From positions 4,200 through 68,199 of the forward strand of contig SLSZ01000018.1 of NCBI GenBank assembly GCA_007130125.1: a DNA stretch of 64,000 nucleotides, given 5' to 3'. The notes beneath the pieces are model-generated. The model saw only the letters and a program-made list of their open reading frames with translations, was not told the DNA's origin and did no database searches. Numbering within the stretch: the stretch's first letter is position 1; each line of letters starts with the position of its first letter. This stretch comes from Bacteroidales bacterium. Its GTDB lineage: Bacteria > Bacteroidota > Bacteroidia > Bacteroidales > UBA7960. Both the position numbers and the translations under genes were made by a program. Below are positions 9,840-19,985 of this stretch, one piece after another.

Positions 9840-10214
9840 ATGAAAAAACAAGCAAGTTTTTTGATAAAATTAGCCGGTTTGCTATTTATCGCCTGTTCTT
9901 TTTTGTTAATCCCTGGATGTGACAAAGATGACAGTAAAAACTATACAGTAAAATATGAAGTAACCGGTAGTGCAACTTTTGCTTCCTATTTTACACCAAG
10001 CGGAGAACAATCCCAATCAAGTATTTCAACACCCTGGTCATACAGTTTCAGCACGAGTGACAGAAGTCAGAACATTAGTCTGAGAGCCGGTTCAACAAGT
10101 AGCGGAACAGTTTATGTTAAGGTATATCTGAACGGCAATCTTGTACTTTCAGATTCTGAGTCAAATGGATTAACAGCAATTACAGGAACGTATAGAATTT
10201 CTGATTTTCTATGA
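9840..10214 (+). CDS. small hypothetical lipoprotein
   Basis: Lipobox LIPGC followed by a Ser/Thr-rich region that looks beta-rich. It starts 57 nt after the preceding gene, so it is probably co-transcribed. Confidence 0.45.
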   Translation: MKKQASFLIKLAGLLFIACSFLLIPGCDKDDSKNYTVKYEVTGSATFASYFTPSGEQSQSSISTPWSYSFSTSDRSQNISLRAGSTSSGTVYVKVYLNGNLVLSDSESNGLTAITGTYRISDFL

Positions 10215-10458
10215 TGCAACTATCATAATTTGTTAGTTAGCCTTTTAAACCAATTTGTTATTCTTTATTAATGGTGTCCGGGCAGTTTTCACTTCCCGAT
10301 CTGACATTAGTAAACCTATTGTTTATTATGAAATCTGATTGTTTTTTGGAACTCCCCGGGAAAAACCCTAATCAAAACTATTGTTTGAAATTCATAATGA
10401 TTTAATAAAAAAATCAGATAACCTGCCCAAGCAACATTGATGGTAAAAAAATTATATG

Positions 10459-10466
10459 TAGGTTTG
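10459..10466 (+). promoter_or_regulatory. candidate -7 box (TAGGTTTG) for polA
   Basis: TAnnTTTG match 20 nt upstream of the ATG at 10486. Confidence 0.4.
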
Positions 10467-10485
10467 CCAAAAATAACCTCATATT

Positions 10486-13293
10486 ATGTCACAGAAAAAA
10501 AAGCTTTTTTTATTAGATGCAATGGCTCTGATATACAGGGCATACTTTGCTTTCAGCCGTAATCCGAGGATCAACTCCAAGGGCATGAACACATCCGCCA
10601 TTTTTGGCTTTGGCAATGCTTTGCTTGATGTGCTAAGAAATGAAAATCCCACGCATATAGGTGTTGCCTTTGACAGCCGTGAACCCACCCAACGCCATAC
10701 AGATTTTGCTGAATATAAAGCCAACAGGGAAGATATGCCGGAAGATATTGAAAGCTCTATTCCCTATATAATACAAATGATTGAAGGATTCAACATCCCG
10801 GTTTTAATGAAAGAGGGTTACGAAGCTGACGATATTATAGGCGCGTTATCAAAGAAGGCAGAAGAAAAGGGTTTCGAGGTTTATATGGTTACACCCGATA
10901 AAGACTTTGGACAACTGGTTTCAGATAATATTCGTATATACAGGCCTTCACGCTCAGGTTCCGGAGTGGAAATAATCGGACCGAATGAGGTGTGTGAAAA
11001 ATACAACATAGAATCACCGGAGCAGTTAATTGATATACTGGGCCTTTGGGGAGATGCCTCGGATAATATTCCCGGAATAAGAGGCATTGGTGAAGTTACA
11101 GCCAAAAAACTTATCGCCGAGTACGGATCAGTAGAAAACCTGCTGGAAAATTCTTCAAACATTAAAAACCCCAAGCTGCGTCAAAAAATTGAGGAAGGTA
11201 AAGAGCAGGCAATCATTTCCAAAAAGCTCGCCACAATACTACTTGACGTACCAATAGAGCTTGATGAAGATCAACTAAGAACAAAGAAGCCTGATTTCAA
11301 AAAGCTTGAACCTCTATTTAATGAACTGGAGTTTAAAACTTTTGCAAAAAGAGTTATGGATTTAAAACCTTCAAAAGGCAAGGATAATGAAGAGGAGAAA
11401 GAAACATCAGGCGCTCAGATATCAATGTTTGCAGGTCAGGGCTTCTCAAAAGAAGAACAGGAGAATATTGACAAAAACAGGATGGAAGAATTAAAATCCG
11501 AGAAAAAATACCGGTCAATAACTGATCCCAAAGAAATTGATAATCTGATAAAAAAAGTCAGGGCAGCCAAAACATTTTGCTTCGATACTGAAACAACCGG
11601 ATTAAGCATTTTTGATAATGAGCTTGTAGGCATTGCTTTCTGTATACAACCAAATGAGGCTTTTTATGTTCCTTTTCCCGAGGATCGCAAAAAAGCCGAT
11701 ACGCTGGCTGAGCAGTTAAAAGATATCTTCGAAGATCCCAAAATTGAAAAAACAGGCCAAAATCTCAAATTCGATACAGGCGTGTTGCGAAACTATGATA
11801 TTGAAGTAAAAGGACGCTTTTTCGATACTATGCTTGCGCATTATGTGTTAAATCCTGACATGCGCCATAATCTGGAGACACTATCGGAAACATACCTGGA
11901 TTACAAGCCGGTAAGCATAGAAAGCTTGATAGGTAAAAAAGGCAAAAACCAGAAAAGCATGAGAAGCGTGCCTGTTGAGAAACAAACCATTTATGCCTGT
12001 GAGGATGCAGATGTTACGCTGCAATTAAGAAAAGTTTTTGAGCCTATGCTTGAAAAAAATGAGGTGGTAAAACTTTATAATGAACTAGAAATACCTTTGA
12101 TACCAGTATTGTCGGAAATGGAATTAGAAGGTGTTCGAATTGACAAACAAGCATTAGCTAACTTTTCAAAAAAACTGGAAAAAGAGATCAATGAGGTTGA
12201 AAAAAAGATATATCAACTTGCAGGTGTTAAGTTCAATATAGGTTCTCCAAAACAGCTTGGAGAAATATTATTCAACAAGCTCAAAATTGTTGATAAACCT
12301 AAAAAAACCAAAACAAAGCAGTTCAGCACCAGTGAGGATGTTTTGTCAAAGCTTGTGAACAAACATGAAATAGTAAGTCATATTCTTGATTACAGGTCTT
12401 TAACCAAACTAAAGTCAACGTATGTTGATGCTCTTCCAAAATTGATAAATGAAAAGAGCGGTCGTATTCATACCTCTTACAACCAGACGGTTGCTGCAAC
12501 CGGCAGGCTAACATCCAACAACCCTAACCTGCAAAATATTCCTATACGAACTGAGCAGGGTAAAGAAATACGCAAAGCATTTGTAGCCCGTGACGCGGAA
12601 CACATACTGCTTGCAGCCGATTATTCGCAGATAGAATTACGGATAATAGCATCAATAAGTGGAGACAAGGCAATGATCGAAGATTTCAAACATGGCCTGG
12701 ATATTCATGCTGCAACAGCCGCAAGAGTGTTTGGTGTAGAGGTAAATGAAGTGACTGCAGAAATGCGACGCAAAGCAAAGACTGTAAACTTCGGCATTAT
12801 TTATGGCATATCGCCTTTCGGATTATCAGAAAGAATGAATATTCCCAGGTCAGAGGCTGAAGAAATAATTAACCAATACTTCAGGCAGTATCCCGGAATA
12901 AAGAAATATATGGATGATATGATATCTTTTGCCAAAAAGCATCAATACGTAAAAACTCTTATGGACAGGCGCCGTTATATTAAAGACATTAACAGTACCA
13001 ACAGTGTTGTAAGAGGATATGGGGAACGCAACGCTATAAATGCACCCATTCAGGGAACCGCAGCTGACATGATAAAACGTGCCATGATTGATATACACAA
13101 TGATATAAAAAGCAAAAATCTAAGGAGTAAAATGATCCTTCAGGTACATGATGAGTTGGTATTCGATGCTTATCAACCTGAATTGGAAAGTCTTAAAAAA
13201 ATAGTTATAAAGCGTTTGAAAAACGCACTCAAACTTTCAGTACCAATTGAAATAGATATAAACACAGGTAAAAACTGGCTGGAAGCTCATTAA
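10486..13293 (+). CDS. polA: DNA polymerase I
   Basis: 935 aa with a 5'-3' exonuclease N-domain (LFLLDAMALIYRAYFA), a 3'-5' exo domain (FCFDTETTGL) and pol A motifs (DYSQIELR, RRKAKTVNFGIIYG, QVHDELVF). Confidence 0.97.
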   Translation: MSQKKKLFLLDAMALIYRAYFAFSRNPRINSKGMNTSAIFGFGNALLDVLRNENPTHIGVAFDSREPTQRHTDFAEYKANREDMPEDIESSIPYIIQMIEGFNIPVLMKEGYEADDIIGALSKKAEEKGFEVYMVTPDKDFGQLVSDNIRIYRPSRSGSGVEIIGPNEVCEKYNIESPEQLIDILGLWGDASDNIPGIRGIGEVTAKKLIAEYGSVENLLENSSNIKNPKLRQKIEEGKEQAIISKKLATILLDVPIELDEDQLRTKKPDFKKLEPLFNELEFKTFAKRVMDLKPSKGKDNEEEKETSGAQISMFAGQGFSKEEQENIDKNRMEELKSEKKYRSITDPKEIDNLIKKVRAAKTFCFDTETTGLSIFDNELVGIAFCIQPNEAFYVPFPEDRKKADTLAEQLKDIFEDPKIEKTGQNLKFDTGVLRNYDIEVKGRFFDTMLAHYVLNPDMRHNLETLSETYLDYKPVSIESLIGKKGKNQKSMRSVPVEKQTIYACEDADVTLQLRKVFEPMLEKNEVVKLYNELEIPLIPVLSEMELEGVRIDKQALANFSKKLEKEINEVEKKIYQLAGVKFNIGSPKQLGEILFNKLKIVDKPKKTKTKQFSTSEDVLSKLVNKHEIVSHILDYRSLTKLKSTYVDALPKLINEKSGRIHTSYNQTVAATGRLTSNNPNLQNIPIRTEQGKEIRKAFVARDAEHILLAADYSQIELRIIASISGDKAMIEDFKHGLDIHAATAARVFGVEVNEVTAEMRRKAKTVNFGIIYGISPFGLSERMNIPRSEAEEIINQYFRQYPGIKKYMDDMISFAKKHQYVKTLMDRRRYIKDINSTNSVVRGYGERNAINAPIQGTAADMIKRAMIDIHNDIKSKNLRSKMILQVHDELVFDAYQPELESLKKIVIKRLKNALKLSVPIEIDINTGKNWLEAH

Positions 13294-13299
13294 CGGTAT

Positions 13300-14745
13300 T
13301 TACCCGTCTAATGCATTTTTATAATGCTCGTATCTTTCAAGCACTTCAATGACATAGTGATATGGCTCACTGCCTCTGGCATAACCATATTTCACGACGG
13401 GATCATTATAATAATTTGCCTTTGATTTATTCAAAATAAAGTAATCAACGTTGTCTTTCCAAACGTTGGGGTCTTTACCATGCTTTTCAGCTAATCTTCT
13501 GGCATCAAGTACATGTCCAATACCAACGTTATATGCTGCAAGAACAAACTTCAGCCTTTCTTCATCGTCCTCTATGTGTCTTTTAAGCCTGTTATCCAAC
13601 AAGTTAAGATAATTAACTCCGGCTGCAATATTATCAACAACAGGTGAATTCTGGTAAACATTATATTTGGCAGCAGTTCGCGGCATAAGCTGCATAACAC
13701 CAAAAGCACCTGCCCAACTAACAGCTGTAGGGTCGAAACGAGACTCCTGGAAGGCTACTGAAGCTACTAACCTCCAATCCCAGCCATTCTTTTCGCTAAA
13801 TTCTTTAAAGTAATCATCATAAGCACTAATATTACCACCTCTTAAAGTATTAAACTGGCTTTTTGCAATATAAGCTGAACGAGGATTTTTAAAGTATTTG
13901 TTATACAGAGACACATATTGCCTTGTTTGCTTGAAATCCACCATCCATTTATTAATTGCCTCAAGCAACTCATTGGAATCATGCCTTACAGCCCATGCAA
14001 GATTTTGATGAAAACTAATAGGTGTTTTTGCATCAATATTGGCATAATAGTTTTCATTGACCTGTGCTAAATTCTCATCACTTATTGTATAGCCAATCTC
14101 ACCATTAGCAACCTGCTCAATGAGAGTTTCAACCTCCTTATCAACTTCAACCACATAAATTGTGTCACCAATTTCTTCCATAAGATGATTCAGTCGCGCA
14201 ACATAAGCTGAATTACGCTGTACATGAATAGTTTTTCCTGCCAGATCCAACTGATTTCTTATAAGCTCATCCTCAATTTGCGCCGAATGCATACTATACC
14301 AATTATCAGGTAAACGTTGCACCAATACTTGTCTGGTTTGGCTATGTGGTTCCGTAAAACTGAACAGTTGACTCCTGCTACGGGTAACAGTAAGGTCCAT
14401 GGCGATAATGTCACATTCAGAACTGCTTATCAGGCAGGCAAAATTCTCTTCGAGGTCATTTGTTACAAAAACCTCCAATTCCACTCCAATATGATTAGCA
14501 AATAGTTTCAGGAGCTCCAGATGGAAGCCCATAGGTTGCCCGCGGTAGATAAAATAATTTGTAGAGTTATAATTGGTGGTTGCACGCAACACACCCTTTT
14601 TCTTGATTTCAGATAAATCAGTTGTATAAATATCATCCTCTACCACCTCACTGCCTCCTCTTGGCCAATAAAGATATCCTAATCCAATTATTAAGATAGA
14701 CAGTGAAACAATAAAAACAGTTTTTACAGCCCTGTTTTTCAGCAT
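13300..14745 (-). CDS. mltF: MltF-like lytic transglycosylase (solute-binding-like domain fused to an SLT domain)
   Basis: N-terminal membrane anchor, a family-3 SBP-like region, and the SLT catalytic motif AFQESRFDP...GAFGVMQLMPRTA. Confidence 0.85.
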   Translation of the reverse strand: MLKNRAVKTVFIVSLSILIIGLGYLYWPRGGSEVVEDDIYTTDLSEIKKKGVLRATTNYNSTNYFIYRGQPMGFHLELLKLFANHIGVELEVFVTNDLEENFACLISSSECDIIAMDLTVTRSRSQLFSFTEPHSQTRQVLVQRLPDNWYSMHSAQIEDELIRNQLDLAGKTIHVQRNSAYVARLNHLMEEIGDTIYVVEVDKEVETLIEQVANGEIGYTISDENLAQVNENYYANIDAKTPISFHQNLAWAVRHDSNELLEAINKWMVDFKQTRQYVSLYNKYFKNPRSAYIAKSQFNTLRGGNISAYDDYFKEFSEKNGWDWRLVASVAFQESRFDPTAVSWAGAFGVMQLMPRTAAKYNVYQNSPVVDNIAAGVNYLNLLDNRLKRHIEDDEERLKFVLAAYNVGIGHVLDARRLAEKHGKDPNVWKDNVDYFILNKSKANYYNDPVVKYGYARGSEPYHYVIEVLERYEHYKNALDG

Positions 14746-14776
14746 ATTACATTAATTTTCGTTAGAAATGAGCCGC

Positions 14777-14784
14777 CAAAGATA
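14777..14784 (-). promoter_or_regulatory. candidate -7 box (TATCTTTG) for the mltF-like gene
   Basis: TAnnTTTG match on the minus strand, 32 nt upstream of the ATG at 14745. Confidence 0.4.
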
Positions 14785-15029
14785 ATACATTTTATTAAAA
14801 ATAAAATCTTTTTTTTCCGGTTCACTTTTCAAATACAAAAAACGCACAAATAATCAAATTGTTTATCTTAATCGGCAATATTTTATGAAATATTTATCAA
14901 CAATTTTATTATTTAGCCCATTTTTATTACAATCCAGAGCTCAGCGAATTTATTATAGTATTATCATGAACATTGGCCCATATGGCCTTAACAAATTTCA
15001 GGCCAATGTAATAGTACTGAAAAAAAGTC

Positions 15030-17120
15030 TTAATTATTTATTCTGATAAGTTCGTTTTGAATCAAGAGAGTCATAGCAGCCGAATAAGCCCTGCCTTTCA
15101 ATAATAATCTTTTTAATTCGGGACTTTCATCATCAGCCGGAATCAGTTCATTTCCAACTTCAGGCGACCATTTATAAAACAGCGGGCTATTTTCGAAAAC
15201 CACTGCTCCTGTGTTATTTAATACAGTATTATATGAATTTACAGCATAAAATTCATTTCTGTTGATTGAGCCATCCAAAATATCAAAACCCGAATTAACA
15301 TACTTTGTATTCGAAAGTGACAGATTGAATAATGTTGGAAAAATGTCCTTATGTGAAGCAAATATATTGGTATCGAAGGTTTTGTTAATTTTATACTTTT
15401 CTGGAACATACATTATAAGAGGTACACTGAACTTGTATAAAAGGTCAGCGTCACGATAGTTGAAGAGTTGCATTACGTTATGATCACCTGTAGCAACTAT
15501 TATCGTATTTTCTCCAAGCGGTGAATCAATAATTTTTTTCATAAATTTCCCCATACAATCTTTAGCATACTGGTGTGATATAAAGTTTTTAACTGCCAGA
15601 TCTTCATTGGTACGAAGAGCTCCCCTGATACTGTCACACAAATTAACATTTTGAGGTTCAAAAGCTGCAGGAAGATCGTATGGTGTATGATTTGTTGTAG
15701 TAAAGCCAAAAACAAAAGCAGGTTCATCTTTACTGGCACTTTCTGTTAAAATGTCATAAATGCGAGTAAACATAAACTCATCATATACTCCCCAGGAACC
15801 TTCCTCGGCCCCGGAAACATTTTCCAAAATATGTGACCTGCCCTCTATTTGTTCAAAATATTGGTTTTCAATAAAAATGCCTAAATTACGCCAACCCAGT
15901 TGTGAACCTGTAACAAAGGCAGTATTATAATTATTTTTATAAAATGGTAATGCGCTTGAAGTTAAAAAAGTGCTCTGAAAGTAGGGAGACTGAACCATAG
16001 GCCCAAGGGGTGAATTTATCAAAAGGCCTTCCAGGGTGTAGATAGTACCATTATGTATAGGTAAGAAATTGCGATATAAAAAAAGATCGTCCAATATATA
16101 CTCCAGGCTGCCCAAAAGGTTTAGACTCTCTGAATGAAGATCAAAATAATGGTTACTCATGCTTTCCATCAATAAGAACACAACATTTGGCGGATTTTCT
16201 TCCAAGAATGGATTCGGAGGAGTTTCATCATAAAGATGCTCAATCGGGTCATCACCCTCTTTGATTGAATAACCCAAGAATGATTCTATAGCCTGTCTGC
16301 TATTATTAAAATCATAGAGTTCCAGGGTTTTGTTAATGTCCCTATCTATGGAATATTTATTGCGATCTCTCCAGGCATCTTTCAAAGCATAAATACCATT
16401 TGGCACTATGCTGTTAATAAATCTATTCGGGGAAACTGTCGTATGCTCTTTACGTATTGGCCTCATACCAAGTGAACCTCGCATACCTATTGAAAACAAT
16501 AAAAAGAACAAAACCACAAATACAGTTTTTACTAAAACAGATCTTCCAAATGGATTGTAACATCTAATGGCAAAACGTTTCAACATCCAATACAACAAAA
16601 ACCCCACAACTGCAAAAAGAATCAACACTCCTATAACAGGATAATCAGTCCAAACAGATTTTAAAACCGCTGTTGTATCATCCTCAACAATACCAAATAC
16701 CAAAAGATTAAAATGAGATTGAAAAAACTTGAAATAATAGAAATCAACTGTAAGTACAATGAAAAGCAATATGTATAATACAAAATAATACCAGAACAAC
16801 ACTTTGTTTTGAAGTTTTAAAAACCTTCTATAATTATTCGCCGGTATAAACAAACCGGCAAAGATCACTGGTAAAACAGGCAACATAAAATAAACCAATA
16901 CCATTGTATCAAAGCGAAACCCTACCCAAAATGCATCTAATAAATAACCCCTGAAGGTATTTAATTCCTCCAAATCACCAAATGATAATATCAAAGCTAA
17001 CCTGAATGCAAAAAATATTAACAAGCCAATTAGATAAACTTTTATTAACTTGAACAACGAAATGATAAATTTATCAAGCTTTGTAGCTTCCTTTTTTTTT
17101 AAGGTATTATTGTTCATCAA
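15030..17120 (-). CDS. LTA-synthase/phosphoglycerol-transferase family (sulfatase-fold) membrane protein
   Basis: Five or so N-terminal TM helices, then an alkaline-phosphatase/sulfatase-type domain (VVFLLMESMSNHYF ... ATGDHN), as in LtaS/MdoB-type enzymes. Confidence 0.75.
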   Translation of the reverse strand: MMNNNTLKKKEATKLDKFIISLFKLIKVYLIGLLIFFAFRLALILSFGDLEELNTFRGYLLDAFWVGFRFDTMVLVYFMLPVLPVIFAGLFIPANNYRRFLKLQNKVLFWYYFVLYILLFIVLTVDFYYFKFFQSHFNLLVFGIVEDDTTAVLKSVWTDYPVIGVLILFAVVGFLLYWMLKRFAIRCYNPFGRSVLVKTVFVVLFFLLFSIGMRGSLGMRPIRKEHTTVSPNRFINSIVPNGIYALKDAWRDRNKYSIDRDINKTLELYDFNNSRQAIESFLGYSIKEGDDPIEHLYDETPPNPFLEENPPNVVFLLMESMSNHYFDLHSESLNLLGSLEYILDDLFLYRNFLPIHNGTIYTLEGLLINSPLGPMVQSPYFQSTFLTSSALPFYKNNYNTAFVTGSQLGWRNLGIFIENQYFEQIEGRSHILENVSGAEEGSWGVYDEFMFTRIYDILTESASKDEPAFVFGFTTTNHTPYDLPAAFEPQNVNLCDSIRGALRTNEDLAVKNFISHQYAKDCMGKFMKKIIDSPLGENTIIVATGDHNVMQLFNYRDADLLYKFSVPLIMYVPEKYKINKTFDTNIFASHKDIFPTLFNLSLSNTKYVNSGFDILDGSINRNEFYAVNSYNTVLNNTGAVVFENSPLFYKWSPEVGNELIPADDESPELKRLLLKGRAYSAAMTLLIQNELIRINN

Positions 17121-17235
17121 TTACAAAATATATGATTAGCTACTCTTAAAACCTATTTCTGAAGTAAATAAGGAACAAAAATATAAAACTTTGAATTCTG
17201 GTTTCTCAAATTAAGAATTATGTTTAAAAATAAGT

Positions 17236-17243
17236 TATTTTTG
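17236..17243 (+). promoter_or_regulatory. candidate -7 box (TATTTTTG)
   Basis: TAnnTTTG match 59 nt upstream of the ATG at 17302. Confidence 0.4.
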
Positions 17244-17301
17244 CAGCTCTCTGCGGCTACGTTCTGAACTGTTAATTTGTAGTATTACATTTTTCATAAT
17301 A

Positions 17302-18876
17302 ATGAATTTACAAGATAAACAAAAAATATCCCGTCAACAGGTTCACTTGTGGTTATATTTTTTTTGCTTATGTCTTCTTGCCATTGCAATCCCCACTTCA
17401 CGTACACTGATCAGTGCAAGCCAGATTTTAATGGGTGTTAATTGGCTTGCTGAAGGAAACTTTAAGAGTAAGCTAAAAACTTTTTTCAACAATAAACCTG
17501 CATTAGCTTTTTCCCTGATTTTTATTTTATATTTAATTGGATTAATGTGGACTGAAGACCTTTATTATGGTATAAATGATAATGTATTAACCAAGCTGCC
17601 ATTATTTACCTTAACTTTATTAATAGCCACATCCCAACCATTGGACATAAAAAAAATCCGTACAGTTCTATTTCTCTTTATTGCCACAGTTTTAACGGTT
17701 TCATTGATTGGAATATATATTTATTTGACTGCAGATACAAGAACTTTCCGCATCATTACACCATACGCATCCCATTTATATTTTAGCATAATGCTAATAA
17801 TTTCAGCGTTTACGCTTCCCTGGCTGATTAAACAAATTACCGAAAAGAAAGTATGGCTTATATTATCCCTGGTAATCTCAACATGGATGTTAATTTTCAT
17901 CTTTCTCTCAAGGTCACTTTCAGGGCTGGCTTCTATTGCAGGTGTTGCTGCGCTGTTAATTATTTGGGTTTTAATAAATTACAAATCCGTTATTGTAAGA
18001 ACTTTAACTATTTTTGTTTTTGTTTCTTTAATAGCTTTAACTACAGGGTTTCTAATATATATGCACAACCTTGTTACAAAAAAAGTTGAAACTAATCTGA
18101 CTTCACTTGATTTATATACAGAAGACGGTAACGCCTACACACACGATACAACAAGAACTTTAAGAGAAAACGGCTACCTGGTATATATCTATATATCGGA
18201 GAGTGAATTAGAAAAAAAGTGGAATAAACGCAGTGATATTGATTACGATGGGGAAGATAAGATAAGCCACTCATTAAAACATACTCTCTTCAGGTATATG
18301 TCATCCAAAGGTTACCGTAAAGACGGCAAACATCTCAAATTATTATCGGAAGAAGACATTCAGGCAATTGAAGAAGGAACAACTAATTATCTTTATAAAA
18401 ACTGGCCCGGTGTATTTATACGTATTCATCAAAACATGATGGGCTTGCAAAAATACCGTGAAACCAATAATCCTAATTGGAGTAGTTATACTTTAAGAGT
18501 TGATCTGTGGAAGGCATCCATCGAGGCAATACAAAAAAAGCCTTTCTTTGGCTGGGGTACCGGCGATATATATCATGCTATTGATTATGGATTGGTTAAA
18601 ATCAACTCTCAAACAAAGCTGGAAGATTCAAAGCCACATAACCAATACCTGCTATTACTGCTAACATTGGGAATTACAGGCTTTATATTATTTTTTGCTT
18701 GTTATGTTTATACGGTTTATAAAACCAAAGCATATAGGGTCATGCCATTCAATGTATTTGTAGTGGCTTATGGGGTGAATATGCTGGCAAATAATCCAAT
18801 AGATGCGCAATACGGCCTGACTATGTTTGTGTTTTTTACTTTATTCTTTGGTATAATATATAAGGATAAAAAATAA
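17302..18876 (+). CDS. O-antigen ligase (Wzy_C/WaaL-like) family polytopic membrane protein
   Basis: More than 10 predicted TM segments, a large loop, and PHNQYLLLLLTLGITGFILFF, which resembles the Wzy_C signature region. Confidence 0.65.
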   Translation: MNLQDKQKISRQQVHLWLYFFCLCLLAIAIPTSRTLISASQILMGVNWLAEGNFKSKLKTFFNNKPALAFSLIFILYLIGLMWTEDLYYGINDNVLTKLPLFTLTLLIATSQPLDIKKIRTVLFLFIATVLTVSLIGIYIYLTADTRTFRIITPYASHLYFSIMLIISAFTLPWLIKQITEKKVWLILSLVISTWMLIFIFLSRSLSGLASIAGVAALLIIWVLINYKSVIVRTLTIFVFVSLIALTTGFLIYMHNLVTKKVETNLTSLDLYTEDGNAYTHDTTRTLRENGYLVYIYISESELEKKWNKRSDIDYDGEDKISHSLKHTLFRYMSSKGYRKDGKHLKLLSEEDIQAIEEGTTNYLYKNWPGVFIRIHQNMMGLQKYRETNNPNWSSYTLRVDLWKASIEAIQKKPFFGWGTGDIYHAIDYGLVKINSQTKLEDSKPHNQYLLLLLTLGITGFILFFACYVYTVYKTKAYRVMPFNVFVVAYGVNMLANNPIDAQYGLTMFVFFTLFFGIIYKDKK

Positions 18877-18920
18877 TAATTTATAAAAAGTCTTACTTTT
18901 TATCAGTTTTGAGTAATAAA

Positions 18921-19970
18921 TCAATTAATATGTTTTAAAACAAATGCATTGATAATCCTGGCTGATCTTTTTCCATGAGAAGCATTAATATCACCATAAA
19001 AAACTTTTCTCCATTTGCGCCGTTGAGTTTTTTTAAGATCAGGATGTTTAATATATTTTTCAACAGCCTGATCTAGTTCATTAACATTTTTGATTTGCAC
19101 TGAAATATCCTTTATCATTTCTCTAATCTCATGTGTAAGTCGCCAACCTTCATCTACATAAAAGGTTATAATCGGTTTATCAAGTGCACAAAACTCCCCC
19201 ATTACGGAGCTGGTATCACTAATAAGAAAATCAGCGGCCAACATAAATGCCGGCAGATTATAAGCGTCAGCAAAGTATACGCCTGGTACAGATTTTGCTT
19301 TATTAACAAAATTAATTGACATCATTGGATGCAGACTGACCAAAATGTTATATTTAGTCTTTAACACTGGTAGCTTATCTATCCATTGTTCTATTGCACT
19401 GAGCCCGGATTTATCCCATGTAGCGGTAAAAAGCAGGGTTTTTTTGTCAGCATCAAACTCAGGTTGTTGCTGAATCTTTAAGCTAATTTCTAATGTTCTT
19501 TTTTGATAAAGTGAATCGAGTTTAGGTTGCCCGCCTACAACTCCACATTTAATTCCGGCTTTAGCAGCCATTTCAGCTTCATAATCAGTAGAAAAGAGAT
19601 ACAGGTCAAATGCGTTATATTTTTTCGGGTGTATCATTTTCTTGAAATGATAGGTGCCATGCTTCATACCGATCTTTTTAATGCCTCTTATGGGAAAGCG
19701 GTGAAAGGCATGTCTTGTCATAATTAACACTTCTGGAAAAGCCGGCCACACATCTACTTGCATACCACGCTGTCTTAACTGTTTTGCAATTTCTCTATTT
19801 CGAGCAACTATAGAATATTGAAACTCTATATGAGGCAGAATATTCTCTATAACGAAGTAGTCATGCTCTGATTCTACATAAAAAACCACACCATTCAGCT
19901 GGTTAACCAATCTGCGGACTTGCCAGCATAACCAATAAGGAAATTTTATTATCAAACCTGAAATAACCAT
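18921..19970 (-). CDS. CDP-glycerol glycerophosphotransferase (TagB/TagF) family protein
   Basis: KTLLFTATWDKSG, VSLHPMM and ISDTSSVMGEFCALDKPIITFYVDE resemble the conserved TagB/F blocks. Confidence 0.5.
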   Translation of the reverse strand: MVISGLIIKFPYWLCWQVRRLVNQLNGVVFYVESEHDYFVIENILPHIEFQYSIVARNREIAKQLRQRGMQVDVWPAFPEVLIMTRHAFHRFPIRGIKKIGMKHGTYHFKKMIHPKKYNAFDLYLFSTDYEAEMAAKAGIKCGVVGGQPKLDSLYQKRTLEISLKIQQQPEFDADKKTLLFTATWDKSGLSAIEQWIDKLPVLKTKYNILVSLHPMMSINFVNKAKSVPGVYFADAYNLPAFMLAADFLISDTSSVMGEFCALDKPIITFYVDEGWRLTHEIREMIKDISVQIKNVNELDQAVEKYIKHPDLKKTQRRKWRKVFYGDINASHGKRSARIINAFVLKHIN

Positions 19971-19985
19971 GACCTGAATACATTA

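Noticed and set aside
10331-10418. AT-rich inverted repeat (aatctgattgtttttt / aaaaaaatcagat) and repeated CTATTGTTT motifs in the 270-nt region upstream of polA
   Set aside because: The arms are short, almost entirely A/T and contain a bulge. This is expected by chance in this composition, and there are no flanking direct repeats or other MITE or riboswitch hallmarks.
14885-15046. 53-codon plus-strand ORF (MKYLSTILLFSPFLLQSRAQ...) with a signal-peptide-like N-terminus, below the ORF-track cutoff
   Set aside because: It sits in the terminator/promoter spacer between two minus-strand genes and overlaps the 3' end of the LtaS-like gene. It has no obvious promoter box or conservation evidence. 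It is plausible only as a very speculative small peptide.
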